From NCBI GenBank assembly GCA_964610875.1, contig CAZSWP010000016.1, positions 1 to 64,000 of the forward strand: a stretch of DNA of 64,000 nucleotides, given 5' to 3'. Made by a program: the position numbers and the translations under genes. The notes under the pieces were generated by a model, which saw nothing but the letters and a program-made list of their open reading frames with translations, was not told the DNA's origin and made no database searches. Shown one piece after another: positions 48,652 to 59,173 of this stretch; the first letter of the stretch is position 1; the number at the start of each line of letters is the position of its first letter. The stretch comes from an uncultured archaeon. GTDB lineage: Archaea; Asgardarchaeota; Thorarchaeia; Thorarchaeales; Thorarchaeaceae.

Positions 48652-50052
48652 ATGGCGAACGATACCAAGGAACGTACCCGTAGGTTCCTTCAGCTACTGT
48701 TCCAAGATTATTATAGAACACATCATGATAGTGTGAATATTCCTGCCAAAATCCATATGCGTGAATTTGGTGTTGAGAGCTGGTACTATACTTGGAGATG
48801 CAATATTCGTGTTGAAAAGACAGAAGACGGGTCTGAGATCAAATCAGGATGTGGTGAGAGTGGTACATCATTTCTACCTCTCACAGAATGTCCATCTTGT
48901 GGGTCCACCGACTTAGATATCACAAATTGGTCCCGTCATCTGGGTTTTAAATCAAAGGACCTTCTTCTTAACGAGATTGTCACAAACGTTCCTCACAGTG
49001 TTTATCATTCATCCGCATTCTACGAGTTTCCTATTGCAAGAAGAATGATTGAGAAAAACTGGCAAGGTGCAGAATTAGTCTTTGATATAGATGCTGACCA
49101 TCTTGACATTCATTGTGCTGATAATCATGATGCGTGGATGTGCTCTAATCCAGAGTGCGAACATAAAGGAACTGGAAGACCGCCGGAAAAATGCCCCGAG
49201 TGTGAAGGTGATTCCTTTTCATCTTTCAAATGGCTATGTGATAGATGCTTGGAACGTGCCAAACGCGATACAGTCAAACTTTACGATAAATTTCTCCTAA
49301 AACACTTTGGTATAGATGAAGACAAGACAATCCTGAATTACAGTGGTCACAGAGGGTATCATATTAGAGTTAATGACCCAAAGATTCACGAACTTGATTC
49401 TAATGCACGTTCTGAGATTGCTCGATACATCACAGGAGATGGGCTGAGTAGCAGCATAACCTCTAAAGGAAACCTACGAGTGATTCCCACAGGCGAACTA
49501 AGAAGCTGGCAATTACCCTCCATTGCAAGACGTATTGCTGATGCCATGATTGCATTTATTGACAATCTTGACTTTTATGAAGGAAATGACAGATGGCTAA
49601 AGTATTTGGTTGAGGGGAAGAAGGATGCAATTGACGGTCTTTCTAGAAACCCCCCGATTTTGAGTTACAAGGTAAAAGGCATTGGAGTAAAATCGTGGCA
49701 AGAGATTGTCGAACAGGCAATCACGTTCTACAATGCCGAAATTGATTTGCCTGTCACACATGACATACATCGTGTAATCAGGCTCATAGGCAGTCTTAAT
49801 GGCAAAACCGGATTTACTGTGAACCACCTAACTCGTGATCAGCTGGACGACTTTGATCCATTTGCAGACCCTTTGGCATTTGCAAACAATCAGTCCATAA
49901 AACTGAGAATCCCTGAAATGAGATTCAGTGTTCCGGAATTCAGAATAGGTGATGACCTATATGGTCCGTATAACAATACCAATGAGGAACTTCCAATGCC
50001 TGCAGCAGTGTTCCTAATGTGCAAGGGGATGGCATCCTATGAGCGATCCTGA
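48652..50052 (+). CDS. priS: DNA primase small subunit PriS with Cys-rich insertions
   Basis: REFG, ELVFDIDAD, SGHRGYH, D.HRVIRL.GSLNGKTG. Confidence 0.93.
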   Translation: MANDTKERTRRFLQLLFQDYYRTHHDSVNIPAKIHMREFGVESWYYTWRCNIRVEKTEDGSEIKSGCGESGTSFLPLTECPSCGSTDLDITNWSRHLGFKSKDLLLNEIVTNVPHSVYHSSAFYEFPIARRMIEKNWQGAELVFDIDADHLDIHCADNHDAWMCSNPECEHKGTGRPPEKCPECEGDSFSSFKWLCDRCLERAKRDTVKLYDKFLLKHFGIDEDKTILNYSGHRGYHIRVNDPKIHELDSNARSEIARYITGDGLSSSITSKGNLRVIPTGELRSWQLPSIARRIADAMIAFIDNLDFYEGNDRWLKYLVEGKKDAIDGLSRNPPILSYKVKGIGVKSWQEIVEQAITFYNAEIDLPVTHDIHRVIRLIGSLNGKTGFTVNHLTRDQLDDFDPFADPLAFANNQSIKLRIPEMRFSVPEFRIGDDLYGPYNNTNEELPMPAAVFLMCKGMASYERS

Positions 50053-50692
50053 TTATATCAATATCCAAAACGCATGGGAAGATGAGCAAGATGACTCCGC
50101 ACTGAAGGATCTTGAGGATCTCAGACTGAGTAAGATGGCAGAAGCATTATCTCGAGTACGACTACAGCTTGCTGAAACTCCATCTGAAAAGGAGATTGAA
50201 GCAGAAATCCTTACCCAACAAGCCCTCAATATGGAGTATATGCTGAAAGACCTCCTACATATGCGTCGTAACAAAATCATCTCAGATGTTCTACGAGGTG
50301 AAACCCCTTCAGGTATAATGACATTATCCGAGGAAGAGTTCTACAATCGCCTCTCAAGAGCTTTTACCAGCCACACAGAGTTCACCGAAGAAGTCCTTAC
50401 TGGTACACCTCCTCCCACATTGCGAAAAGAGGATCCTCCTAAGAAGAAGAAAACTAAAGATAAGAAAAAATCTGAGAAGGAACCTGATGATGGATTGCAA
50501 TACATTATGGTGCGATTCACTCGTGAAGTAGAAGAGGAATTCGTTGGGATGGACGAGATAGTGTACGGCCCATTTGGAAAAGAGGACATTGCAACAATCC
50601 CCACTGCTAACGCAAGAATCTGGCTTCGTAATGGTACAGCAGTACGTGTCATTGCAGACGATATTGAGAGGGAAGATGACAATGAAGAGTGA
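50039..50692 (+). CDS. GINS subunit, Gins15/Gins51 type
   Basis: RRNKI, EEEFY, FVGMDEIVYGPFGKEDIATIP..NA B-domain; follows priS. Confidence 0.85.
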   Translation: MSDPDYINIQNAWEDEQDDSALKDLEDLRLSKMAEALSRVRLQLAETPSEKEIEAEILTQQALNMEYMLKDLLHMRRNKIISDVLRGETPSGIMTLSEEEFYNRLSRAFTSHTEFTEEVLTGTPPPTLRKEDPPKKKKTKDKKKSEKEPDDGLQYIMVRFTREVEEEFVGMDEIVYGPFGKEDIATIPTANARIWLRNGTAVRVIADDIEREDDNEE

Positions 50693-50981
50693 GAATATTC
50701 TTGAATCACTTCACAAAATCCGGCAACTGGTAGATGCGATACAACGCGATATGACCAGTGACTCACAAAAGATGCGTGTTGCTCTGTCAAATATAATGCG
50801 TCTTTTGAATAGGGAGAAGGGGACTATTACTGATCTTGGTGGTACCCCAGATGACCTTCTAAAGTACCTACTAACCCTGTCAAACGAGCATGAGAACAAG
50901 ATAGTGATAACAATCGACAGTGTCACAAAAGACCTCGATGAACTGATTATAGCGGTAAATCGTGATGTACGAAACGGCTAA
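50682..50981 (+). CDS. Hypothetical helical protein
   Basis: Overlaps the GINS stop; operon position. Confidence 0.6.
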   Translation: MKSENILESLHKIRQLVDAIQRDMTSDSQKMRVALSNIMRLLNREKGTITDLGGTPDDLLKYLLTLSNEHENKIVITIDSVTKDLDELIIAVNRDVRNG

Positions 50982-51006
50982 GTGTATGATTTCCTCCTAC
51001 CTATAC

Positions 51007-51216
51007 ATGTCACCAAACAAGAGATGGATTTTGTATATCGCGGCCATTATTTGCATAGCACTTGCACTAATCGGTGGCATGATGTATCCCCTAAACCAGC
51101 TTGATATCATCAGTATTCTAGCATATGAAGTAGTGGTCATCTTTTTTATGTTGGCCATCATCAAACTCATTTATGATAGGGGACTTCCAGACAACACAGA
51201 ATATGAACCAATGTAG
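51007..51216 (+). CDS. Small two-TM protein
   Basis: Two hydrophobic helices. Confidence 0.6.
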   Translation: MSPNKRWILYIAAIICIALALIGGMMYPLNQLDIISILAYEVVVIFFMLAIIKLIYDRGLPDNTEYEPM

Positions 51217-51322
51217 CACGCTGTCGTTCTTTTGTCGAACCACATCTTTTAATATCGGATTAAATCAGGCTCAATTACAAGCTAGCCTATGTGCCATTTA
51301 GATATCTGGTGGTTCGACTCTT

Positions 51323-51865
51323 ATGACAGAAACAGACGAAAAAACTGGTCCTCCTGAAACACTGGTTGAACCTGTTGACATGTCCACGCTGGACCAGGGA
51401 TTCAGGGATGAAATAAAGAGCATGCCCCATGGCGAAGCACTCTCAGCCTGTTTTGCATGTTCTACTTGCACTGCCGCATGTCCAATTGCAAACATGTGGG
51501 AATACAAACCACATCAGCTAATTCGAATGATAATTCTTGGTATGCGGGAAAAGGTACTGTCCTCAGACGAGATCTGGTTATGCCTGACTTGTTTTGAGTG
51601 TCAGGAACGATGTCCTCAGAATGTACGTGTCACTGACATCTTATTTGATTGTAAGAATTTAGCAGCTGAAGAAGGAAAGATTCCTAGCAACATCGTGGCC
51701 CTTGCTCAATCATTGATGTCAGATGGTCAGCTCTATGTCATCACAGCGGATTGGGAACGTGAAGATATGGAACTAGAACCAGAGCTTCCTGGTCTTTCTA
51801 CTGATGAAATCAAAGAGATTTTGAAAAACACTCGGACCGGTAAAATTGTGGGAGGAGATGAGTAG
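51323..51865 (+). CDS. hdrC: Heterodisulfide reductase subunit C
   Basis: CFACSTCTAACP, IWLCLTCFECQERCP. Confidence 0.9.
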   Translation: MTETDEKTGPPETLVEPVDMSTLDQGFRDEIKSMPHGEALSACFACSTCTAACPIANMWEYKPHQLIRMIILGMREKVLSSDEIWLCLTCFECQERCPQNVRVTDILFDCKNLAAEEGKIPSNIVALAQSLMSDGQLYVITADWEREDMELEPELPGLSTDEIKEILKNTRTGKIVGGDE

Positions 51866-52732
51866 ATGCCATCATATAATCTCTATATGGGCTGCAGTGT
51901 TCCAGCTAACTACCCCAACTATGAAGCATCAATTTTCAAAGTAGCGGAACTATTTGATATGGAACTGAACTACATGGAAGGGGTGGCATGTTGTGGAAGT
52001 CCTAATCTTCGAGCAATAGATTATCTAGGCTGGGTGCTTGTTAATGCCAGAACTCTAGCTATTGCTGATAAGAATGGACAAGATATCATCACACCATGCA
52101 ATGGCTGTTTTGGTTCACTAAAAGATGTTCATCACTTACTAATGCATGATAAAGAATATGTAAAGAAGGTAAACAAGGAATTAAAGAAAGAGGGCCTTGA
52201 GTTTACTGGACGAGCAAAACCTCGGCATTTTGTTGAGGCACTCTATACAGACATAGGCATTGAAGAAATAAAGAGCAAAATCAAAAAACCACTAGACGGT
52301 GTAGGGATTGCAATACACTATGGTTGTCATCTTTTGCGTCCTAAAGATGTCACTGAGATTGAACCCGAGTATGTTGCTGAGCTAGTTAGTGCCACTGGCG
52401 CAAGTGTTGTTGAATATCATCTCTGGAAACAATGTTGTGGCGCAACGGTATTGCCTGTGAACGAACCTCTGGCAATTCGACTAGCACGTGATAAACTCAA
52501 ATCAATGAAAGATGCTGGTGCTGAATTTGCAACAGTGATCTGTCCTGCATGCTGCAACCAGCTTGATCTACAACAGTTGGGATTGAAGGAGTCGTATGGT
52601 GAAGAATACAACCTGCCAGTACTGTTCTACCCTCAGATACTTGGTCTTGCTTTGGGTCTTGACGAGGAAACAGTTGGTCTTGAGATGAATCGTGTATCAG
52701 CTAATCCGATTCTTGAACATCTTTCAGGTTGA
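51866..52732 (+). CDS. hdrB: Heterodisulfide reductase subunit B
   Basis: Two CCG domains (CCG..CNGC; HYGCH..CCG..CPAC). Confidence 0.9.
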   Translation: MPSYNLYMGCSVPANYPNYEASIFKVAELFDMELNYMEGVACCGSPNLRAIDYLGWVLVNARTLAIADKNGQDIITPCNGCFGSLKDVHHLLMHDKEYVKKVNKELKKEGLEFTGRAKPRHFVEALYTDIGIEEIKSKIKKPLDGVGIAIHYGCHLLRPKDVTEIEPEYVAELVSATGASVVEYHLWKQCCGATVLPVNEPLAIRLARDKLKSMKDAGAEFATVICPACCNQLDLQQLGLKESYGEEYNLPVLFYPQILGLALGLDEETVGLEMNRVSANPILEHLSG

Positions 52733-52745
52733 GGTGTGTAGTAAG

Positions 52746-53996
52746 ATGTCTGACCCAGTCCTTGTCATTGGTGCTGGCGTTGCAGGGATGACCGCAGCTG
52801 TTGAGCTTGCGGACTCTGGTATCAAGACCATATTGGTAGAACGTCTAAATACCATTGGTGGCAATGCTCTTGACCTCTACAAAGCATTTCCCACCGATGA
52901 TTGTTTCTATTGTTTTGAAGGAAACAGGTGGCGTCCTGGCATCAGAAAATGTTTCTATAGAAGTGCTATGACTGACCAGCCAAATATTGACCTTAAAATG
53001 AACACAACTGTTGAGAAGATCACAGGGGATCCTGGTAAATTTGAAGTCACATTGAAGATCGGTCCAAAATATATTGACCCGAAGAAATGTATAATGTGTG
53101 GACTCTGCCTGAAGGAGTCAAAGGCATTTCAATTAATATCCCCACAATGTCAACCACAAGCAGTAACATTCAATCCTGAATTACTTGATGATGCTGCAAA
53201 GAAAGCAACAGAAGACTGTCCTACAAAAGCAATTGATCTAGATGCTAAACCCTCTGAGGATATAATAAAGGTTGCAGATATTGTGATTGCAACTGGTTTT
53301 CATGAGATGCAACCCTCCACAATCGACGAATACGGTTATGGAAGGCACGCAAATGTAATAACACAACTCGAACTAGCCAAGATTCTTGACCCTCTTGAAG
53401 AATCTGGGGGTAAACTTGTTCGACCCTCTGATGGTAAGACTGCCAAAAATGTGATGATGGTACAATGTGTTGGTAGCAGAGATGAGAATTACTATCCATA
53501 TTGTTCCAAGATATGTTGTGTATTTGCATTAAAACATGCTAATATTATCGTCAACGAACTAGGTGCTGCAAATGTCAGTGTCGTATACATGGACATTCGT
53601 ACCTACGACCGACATGAACGATACTACCGCGACTCCCGTACTGGTGGTGTTGACTTCATAAGAGGACGTATCACAAGCGTTGTTCCCGATACGGATGGGA
53701 CTTTGACAATCACTGTTTATGACTCCTTACTAAATCAATATCTAAAGACCGAAGTAGATTTGTTAGTGCTATCATCAGCTCTTGAACCCCCTGAAGGTGC
53801 GAATGAGTTGATTGAAGCCTTAGGTCTAAAGAGTGCTAGTGGGTTTGTCGCTCCTGAGGATCCCACTTCGGAGAACGAAGTTGTGGCAGGTCCCCATGTT
53901 TATGCATGCGGCACTGCCTTAGGACCAGCTGAAGTACCAGAGAGTGTCACACAAGCACGGGCTGCTGTGTCAAAGATTATTCAGAGCAGGATGTGA
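52746..53996 (+). CDS. hdrA: HdrA-like FAD/Fe-S subunit (short)
   Basis: GAGVAG, FPTDDC, QCVGSR, CSKICC, YMDIR. Confidence 0.88.
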   Translation: MSDPVLVIGAGVAGMTAAVELADSGIKTILVERLNTIGGNALDLYKAFPTDDCFYCFEGNRWRPGIRKCFYRSAMTDQPNIDLKMNTTVEKITGDPGKFEVTLKIGPKYIDPKKCIMCGLCLKESKAFQLISPQCQPQAVTFNPELLDDAAKKATEDCPTKAIDLDAKPSEDIIKVADIVIATGFHEMQPSTIDEYGYGRHANVITQLELAKILDPLEESGGKLVRPSDGKTAKNVMMVQCVGSRDENYYPYCSKICCVFALKHANIIVNELGAANVSVVYMDIRTYDRHERYYRDSRTGGVDFIRGRITSVVPDTDGTLTITVYDSLLNQYLKTEVDLLVLSSALEPPEGANELIEALGLKSASGFVAPEDPTSENEVVAGPHVYACGTALGPAEVPESVTQARAAVSKIIQSRM

Positions 53997-54000
53997 TACA

Positions 54001-56166
54001 ATGACAAACACTAAGACTCCCATTCTACTATGCACCTGTGGAAAACAACTTGGCCTAGACTATGATTTCCTTTCTTCCGAACTCAAGAAACTACCCGATG
54101 CAGGGTCCATAACAATATGTGATACTCTATGTCAAGAAGATGGTCTTGCTGAGATTGTATCTAAACTTGATGAGAGTGAAGGCAGACTTGTAATAGCCGC
54201 CTGTACCAGTCAGAAGATACAACCTCGTATTGACAACTTTGTGTCCGATAAAGGTAAAGACCCATCATCAGTGCGTTATGTAAATATCAGAGAGCACTCT
54301 GCTTGGGTACATCCTGACCCTAAATCGGCGAGCAAGAAATCACTTGATATGATTCGTGGTGTTCTTGCATCCATGTCTACAGTCGAACCTCTAACAATTG
54401 ATGAGAAAGATATTGCAAATCATGTGACAGTCATTGGTGGCGGGATTGCAGGAATTGAAGCGGCACTCGGTCTTGCTTCACTTGGCTATGATATAGCCCT
54501 GATTGAGAAGGATGAACATCTCGGTGGACATGTTATTCAGCTACCTGTGGTTGCTCCTACTGAAAAATCCGGGAAAGAGATTATGAGCGGTCGCCTTAAA
54601 GATATAGAAGCAAGTGATAAGATCAAAGTAATTACAGACGCCCATGTAAAGTACGCTGAGGGTGAGATGGGCGATTTCAAGATACATTACATTTCAAAAG
54701 ATAAAGAAGAGAATGTCTTGAACACATCTGCAATTGTCATGGCAACTGGCTTCAAAGAGTTCAAACCTACAATGATGGATGAGTATCGGTACGGCAAGAA
54801 TCCTGATGTGATAACCCAATATGAACTCTCAAAGAAACTGGCCGAAGATGACCTCACAAGAGTATCAGATGGTGGACCAGTCAAAGATGTCGTTATGATA
54901 CAATGTGTGGGCAGTCGTTCAGAAGAGTACAAGCGAGACTGTAGTAAGCTCTGTTGCACGTTTGCCATTGATAATGCACTTGAAATCAAAGAACGAGTCC
55001 CAGATGCACAAGTACGGATTGTGTACATGGACATACGAGTACCCTTTGAGAATGAAATGATATACAAAAAATCACGCGAGATTGGTGTTGACTACATTCG
55101 TGGGCGAATTAGCAAGATCTGGGAGAATGACAATGAAACACATGTTCAGTTCTACGATTCCCTCATGAATAAGTACTTTGAAGTCAGTCCTGACCTTGTT
55201 GTACTCTCTTCTGCTATTCTACCTCCTGATGGAATCGAAATCCTATCTGAAACAATGGGTTATATTTTGGAAGATGATGGTCATATCAAAGAGCTCTACG
55301 GGAAGCTACGACGAAATGAAACTCGTCGTCGTGGTGTACTTGCTGTGGGAGCAGTTACAAGACCACAATTTGTATTCGAAGCGGTAACAGACGCCCAAGC
55401 CGGCGCACTTGTGATACACAATGAACTACAGAGTGGCAAAATCAAGAAACTCGCCCGAGGTGCTGTATTAGATATTGACGAATGTGTTGGTTGTAGTCTG
55501 TGCGAACAACAGTGTCCCCGTGGAGTTCCTCTTATGATAGAACAGACAGAAGCTGAGGCAGAAGATGAAGATCAGAAATTACTTTTCAAAGCCGCTATTG
55601 ACACATTGAACTGTCATGCATGTGGAGTCTGCCAGAGTCTCTGCCCCTCTGGAGCAACACAATTGAATTTCTTGACAAATGAACAGCTCTGGTCTCAAAT
55701 AGAGAGCACCCTCAATAATGCTACTGCTGAAGATGCAATTACTCTCTGTTTTTATTGTGAAGAATGTGCTGTGTCAACTATTGACATTGTAGGCACACGA
55801 AAAACGGAATACGCTGCAAACACACGCCTGATACCCGTACCCTGTGCTGGTCGAGTCAGTATCATTGATATTTTGAAGGGTTTCGAGAACGGTGCAAGCA
55901 CAGTCATGATTGCTGCATGTGAAACCGATCGTTGTCATGTGGGTGGCACCGGTAATGAGATTGCACAGGTTCAAGTTGATGTTGCCCGTGAGATCTTGGA
56001 GGCGATTGGTTGGAATGGAGAAAGGGTAGAGATGTTTAGAATGTTCAGTGCAGAACCTGACCGTTTCACCAACGCTATCAATGAAATGACAAGACGCGCC
56101 CATGAGCTAGGGGCTTCCCCTCTGCACAAAGGCACCGCTGGAAAATGGAAGGAGGTTGAAAAATGA
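54001..56166 (+). CDS. hdrA: HdrA-MvhD fusion
   Basis: NIREHSAWVH, GGGIAG, QCVGSR/CSKLCC, ferredoxin, C-terminal MvhD (FYC..C, PCAGRV, AC...CH). Confidence 0.88.
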   Translation: MTNTKTPILLCTCGKQLGLDYDFLSSELKKLPDAGSITICDTLCQEDGLAEIVSKLDESEGRLVIAACTSQKIQPRIDNFVSDKGKDPSSVRYVNIREHSAWVHPDPKSASKKSLDMIRGVLASMSTVEPLTIDEKDIANHVTVIGGGIAGIEAALGLASLGYDIALIEKDEHLGGHVIQLPVVAPTEKSGKEIMSGRLKDIEASDKIKVITDAHVKYAEGEMGDFKIHYISKDKEENVLNTSAIVMATGFKEFKPTMMDEYRYGKNPDVITQYELSKKLAEDDLTRVSDGGPVKDVVMIQCVGSRSEEYKRDCSKLCCTFAIDNALEIKERVPDAQVRIVYMDIRVPFENEMIYKKSREIGVDYIRGRISKIWENDNETHVQFYDSLMNKYFEVSPDLVVLSSAILPPDGIEILSETMGYILEDDGHIKELYGKLRRNETRRRGVLAVGAVTRPQFVFEAVTDAQAGALVIHNELQSGKIKKLARGAVLDIDECVGCSLCEQQCPRGVPLMIEQTEAEAEDEDQKLLFKAAIDTLNCHACGVCQSLCPSGATQLNFLTNEQLWSQIESTLNNATAEDAITLCFYCEECAVSTIDIVGTRKTEYAANTRLIPVPCAGRVSIIDILKGFENGASTVMIAACETDRCHVGGTGNEIAQVQVDVAREILEAIGWNGERVEMFRMFSAEPDRFTNAINEMTRRAHELGASPLHKGTAGKWKEVEK

Positions 56167-59081
56167 AGAAGTCCTCTACGCCTCCTGCTGTTCCTCCAAA
56201 AAGACAACGAATGTTAGAAATGATTCTGGCATTAGGAGGTCTTAAGGAAGAAAAAGCTATTCCACTAGGTAAAGTGAATGAAGCAATTGAGGATCTGAAA
56301 GATGAACTCAGTCCGTTACTTGAATCTATATTTGCATTTCCAGAAACCTATTTTACCGACTTTCAGAAAGCTATTGAACAAGTAGATCTCTCCTCAGAGA
56401 TCAATGACCCAGGGGTTCTCCAATCAACAATTGAGCCTCTTAAAGAGGCAGTCACTATCTCTGACACAGCTTCTTTGAAAGAGATCCTTAGTATGTTTGA
56501 AGAATCTCTCAAAGCTTCTGAATCTGTTGGAGAAGAGGAATCCGCGTTCCAGAAAAATATAGGGGCAATAAAAGCCGCACTCAAGACTGACCCTGAAACT
56601 GCTCTACTCTTACTTCAGGAATATTTGGGCATCACTTCTCGCTATGGTCAACCACCTTGTCATGACGCCTGCCCTGCTGGTGTACATACACAGAGGTTTG
56701 TCAACCTCATGCGCGATAAGCAGTTTGATGAGGCTTTAGCGCTCATGCGAAGTACTTACCCATTCCCTGGCACATTAGGTCGTGTATGTAATGCACCCTG
56801 TGAGGAAGGCTGTCAAAGGGGTCAGATTGACCAATCAGTAAGTATTAGAAACCTTCACAGATTCCTAGCTGATAATGAACGAGCAAGTGGAAAGATTCAT
56901 GAACCAACTCCTGCTATTGACAAAGAACAAAGAGTTGCAGTAGTCGGAGCAGGTCCTGCTGGAATTGGCTGTGCCTATGATTTAGCACGAATGGGTTATC
57001 CTGTTACTATATTTGAAACAAAACCTGAGAATGGTGGCCTTCTACGATATGGAATCCCCTCATATCGTCTTCCAAGAGATGTTCTTGATGAAGAGATCAC
57101 CTATGTCAAGAAGCATGGTGTAGATATTATCAACGGTGAACAAATCAAGAAACCAAGTGAACTTCTTGCAAAAGGTTTCAGTGCAGTGTTTATTGGAACT
57201 GGGGCATCTTCTAGTCGTAAGTTGCGTATCGAAGGAGAAGATGCAACTGGTGTATATCACGCACTGGAATTCTTAGATGAATTCAATCTTGGTAAGAAAT
57301 TCAAACTGGGTAACCGAGTAGCAGTCATTGGTGGCGGAAATGCAGCTATAGACTCAGCACGTGTCGCTCTTAGGTTGGGTGCTAAGGAAGTTGTCATTGT
57401 TTATAGACGATCCAAAGAAGAAATGCCTGCAATCGCCTCCGAGATTGAAGATGCTGAACACGAAGGTATAGACATCAAAATACTATCTTCCCCAGTCAAA
57501 ATTATTGAAGAAAATGGAAAAGCCACAACTTTACGTTGTATACAAATGAAATTGGGAGAACCTGATTCATCGGGTAGAAGAAGACCCGTTCCTATACCTG
57601 ACTCAGAGTTCGACATAGATATTGACAGTGTGATTGTTGCTATTGGTCAGGGTATTGATGCTGAAGATTACTTCCCAGACCTCGAGTATTCAGAATGGGG
57701 CTTGATAGAAACAGACTCCAATACTTGTCAAACAAGTGTTGAAGGTATATTTGCTGGTGGCGATGCAGTAACGGGTCCAGCAACTGTGGTCAAAGCAGTT
57801 GGTGCTGGAAAGAAAGCTGCAAAGGTAATAGACAGTTTTCTGCAAGGAGAAGAAATGGTTCAAGACATACCTGTCTATGATAAGATTATTGCCACTGTTG
57901 CTGCGGAAAAAGCCCAAGCAAAAGAGGGCAAACGGGCGGAAATGCCAGTATTGGAACCAGAGTCACGTGGTGAGAGCTTTGATGAAGTCGAACTTGGATT
58001 TGACCCTCCTATGGCTGTCACAGAGGCTGGCAGATGCATCAATTGCTCCCTTTCCAATATGGATGTTACCGTCTATGGTGATAGACTCGCCTCAGAAATC
58101 AGAAAGAAAATCATGAAGCAATTTGTCCAGGATGAAGCTGAAAGGGGTCTTATTCTCTCTATTGTCAGAGAATATGGAGCATTGACAGCAAAGGACTTGC
58201 ATGAGAAGACAGACATCCCACAGAATCGTGTATTTGCACATCTCGTTCAAATGAAGAGGAATGAAGATTTGGTCTTGGCTGGAGAGGACCACGGCTATGT
58301 CCTATACGATGTTCATCGCACTGCAACCGAGATTGAAACCGCAATTCAAACAGTATCAAGTCTATCTCAACAGTTAGCAAAAGCAAGAAAGGAATTAGAT
58401 GAAATCCTTGCTGATCTCAAAGCTACCGATATTGGGAAACTGGCTGCTGCTCTTGAAACCTATTCAAAGGCACGTGACAAATTGACCAAGGTGACAGTCA
58501 GCGGATCTGTAATTGCAGAGGATGCTCTCTCTCAAGTAGAAGAGAAAATCCAGTCTGCAGTCTTGCTAGCATATAGGACTCGGGCAAAGCTTCCATCCAC
58601 TCGACCAAAGGTTGCCTTAGAGAGCCTTACAGATGTTGATGTACCATCAGTATTGGAAGAATACAAGAGTCAGATGGGTTATGCTCCACTTCTTGGATTT
58701 GGCACCATCGAATGGAATCACTCCAGATGCCTGGGTTGTAAGTCTTGCGAACTCGAATGTCCAGAAGATGCAATCAATCTCGCCCCTGTACTTCGTATAC
58801 CAGAGGTCTTTGAATTTACAGAAGAATCCCTTGACAATCTCCCCGGCAATAGGAGTCTTTTCTATAGGACTGTCAAATCACTTGCGGTGAAAAAACCGGT
58901 GGATAATATCATTCTAGAAGAAGAATCTCCAGGTTTCGGGTCAGTGGAAATTGACCTTTGGCTCTGTGTTGCCTGCCGCACATGTGTTAGGCGTTGTCCT
59001 GGCCCAGAAGATGGTGCATTAGACCTTGAACTCAAGTGGAGCCTTCCTGAGGTAGTGAAACAGATAACTTCTGGTGTATAA
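56163..59081 (+). CDS. GltD/NfnB-like NAD(P)H flavo-Fe-S oxidoreductase fused to wHTH, coiled-coil and ferredoxin regions
   Basis: PPCHDACP, LGRVC.APCE..C, GAGPAG, GGGNAAID, GGD; CLGCKSC...CP and CVACRTC...CP. Confidence 0.85.
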   Translation: MKKSSTPPAVPPKRQRMLEMILALGGLKEEKAIPLGKVNEAIEDLKDELSPLLESIFAFPETYFTDFQKAIEQVDLSSEINDPGVLQSTIEPLKEAVTISDTASLKEILSMFEESLKASESVGEEESAFQKNIGAIKAALKTDPETALLLLQEYLGITSRYGQPPCHDACPAGVHTQRFVNLMRDKQFDEALALMRSTYPFPGTLGRVCNAPCEEGCQRGQIDQSVSIRNLHRFLADNERASGKIHEPTPAIDKEQRVAVVGAGPAGIGCAYDLARMGYPVTIFETKPENGGLLRYGIPSYRLPRDVLDEEITYVKKHGVDIINGEQIKKPSELLAKGFSAVFIGTGASSSRKLRIEGEDATGVYHALEFLDEFNLGKKFKLGNRVAVIGGGNAAIDSARVALRLGAKEVVIVYRRSKEEMPAIASEIEDAEHEGIDIKILSSPVKIIEENGKATTLRCIQMKLGEPDSSGRRRPVPIPDSEFDIDIDSVIVAIGQGIDAEDYFPDLEYSEWGLIETDSNTCQTSVEGIFAGGDAVTGPATVVKAVGAGKKAAKVIDSFLQGEEMVQDIPVYDKIIATVAAEKAQAKEGKRAEMPVLEPESRGESFDEVELGFDPPMAVTEAGRCINCSLSNMDVTVYGDRLASEIRKKIMKQFVQDEAERGLILSIVREYGALTAKDLHEKTDIPQNRVFAHLVQMKRNEDLVLAGEDHGYVLYDVHRTATEIETAIQTVSSLSQQLAKARKELDEILADLKATDIGKLAAALETYSKARDKLTKVTVSGSVIAEDALSQVEEKIQSAVLLAYRTRAKLPSTRPKVALESLTDVDVPSVLEEYKSQMGYAPLLGFGTIEWNHSRCLGCKSCELECPEDAINLAPVLRIPEVFEFTEESLDNLPGNRSLFYRTVKSLAVKKPVDNIILEEESPGFGSVEIDLWLCVACRTCVRRCPGPEDGALDLELKWSLPEVVKQITSGV

Positions 59082-59173
59082 GGCCAAGTGAAATTTACTG
59101 CCATTGCAAAATCCACAAATATACTAGAAGTCAATCTTAGGCATTACTCTATTCACGAGGGGCTTGCCAAATA

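Noticed and set aside
51323-59081. Selenocysteine read-through in Hdr/MvhD genes
   Set aside because: Cys occupies the relevant motifs; the TGA at 53994-53996 is followed by a new gene in another frame; no SECIS seen.
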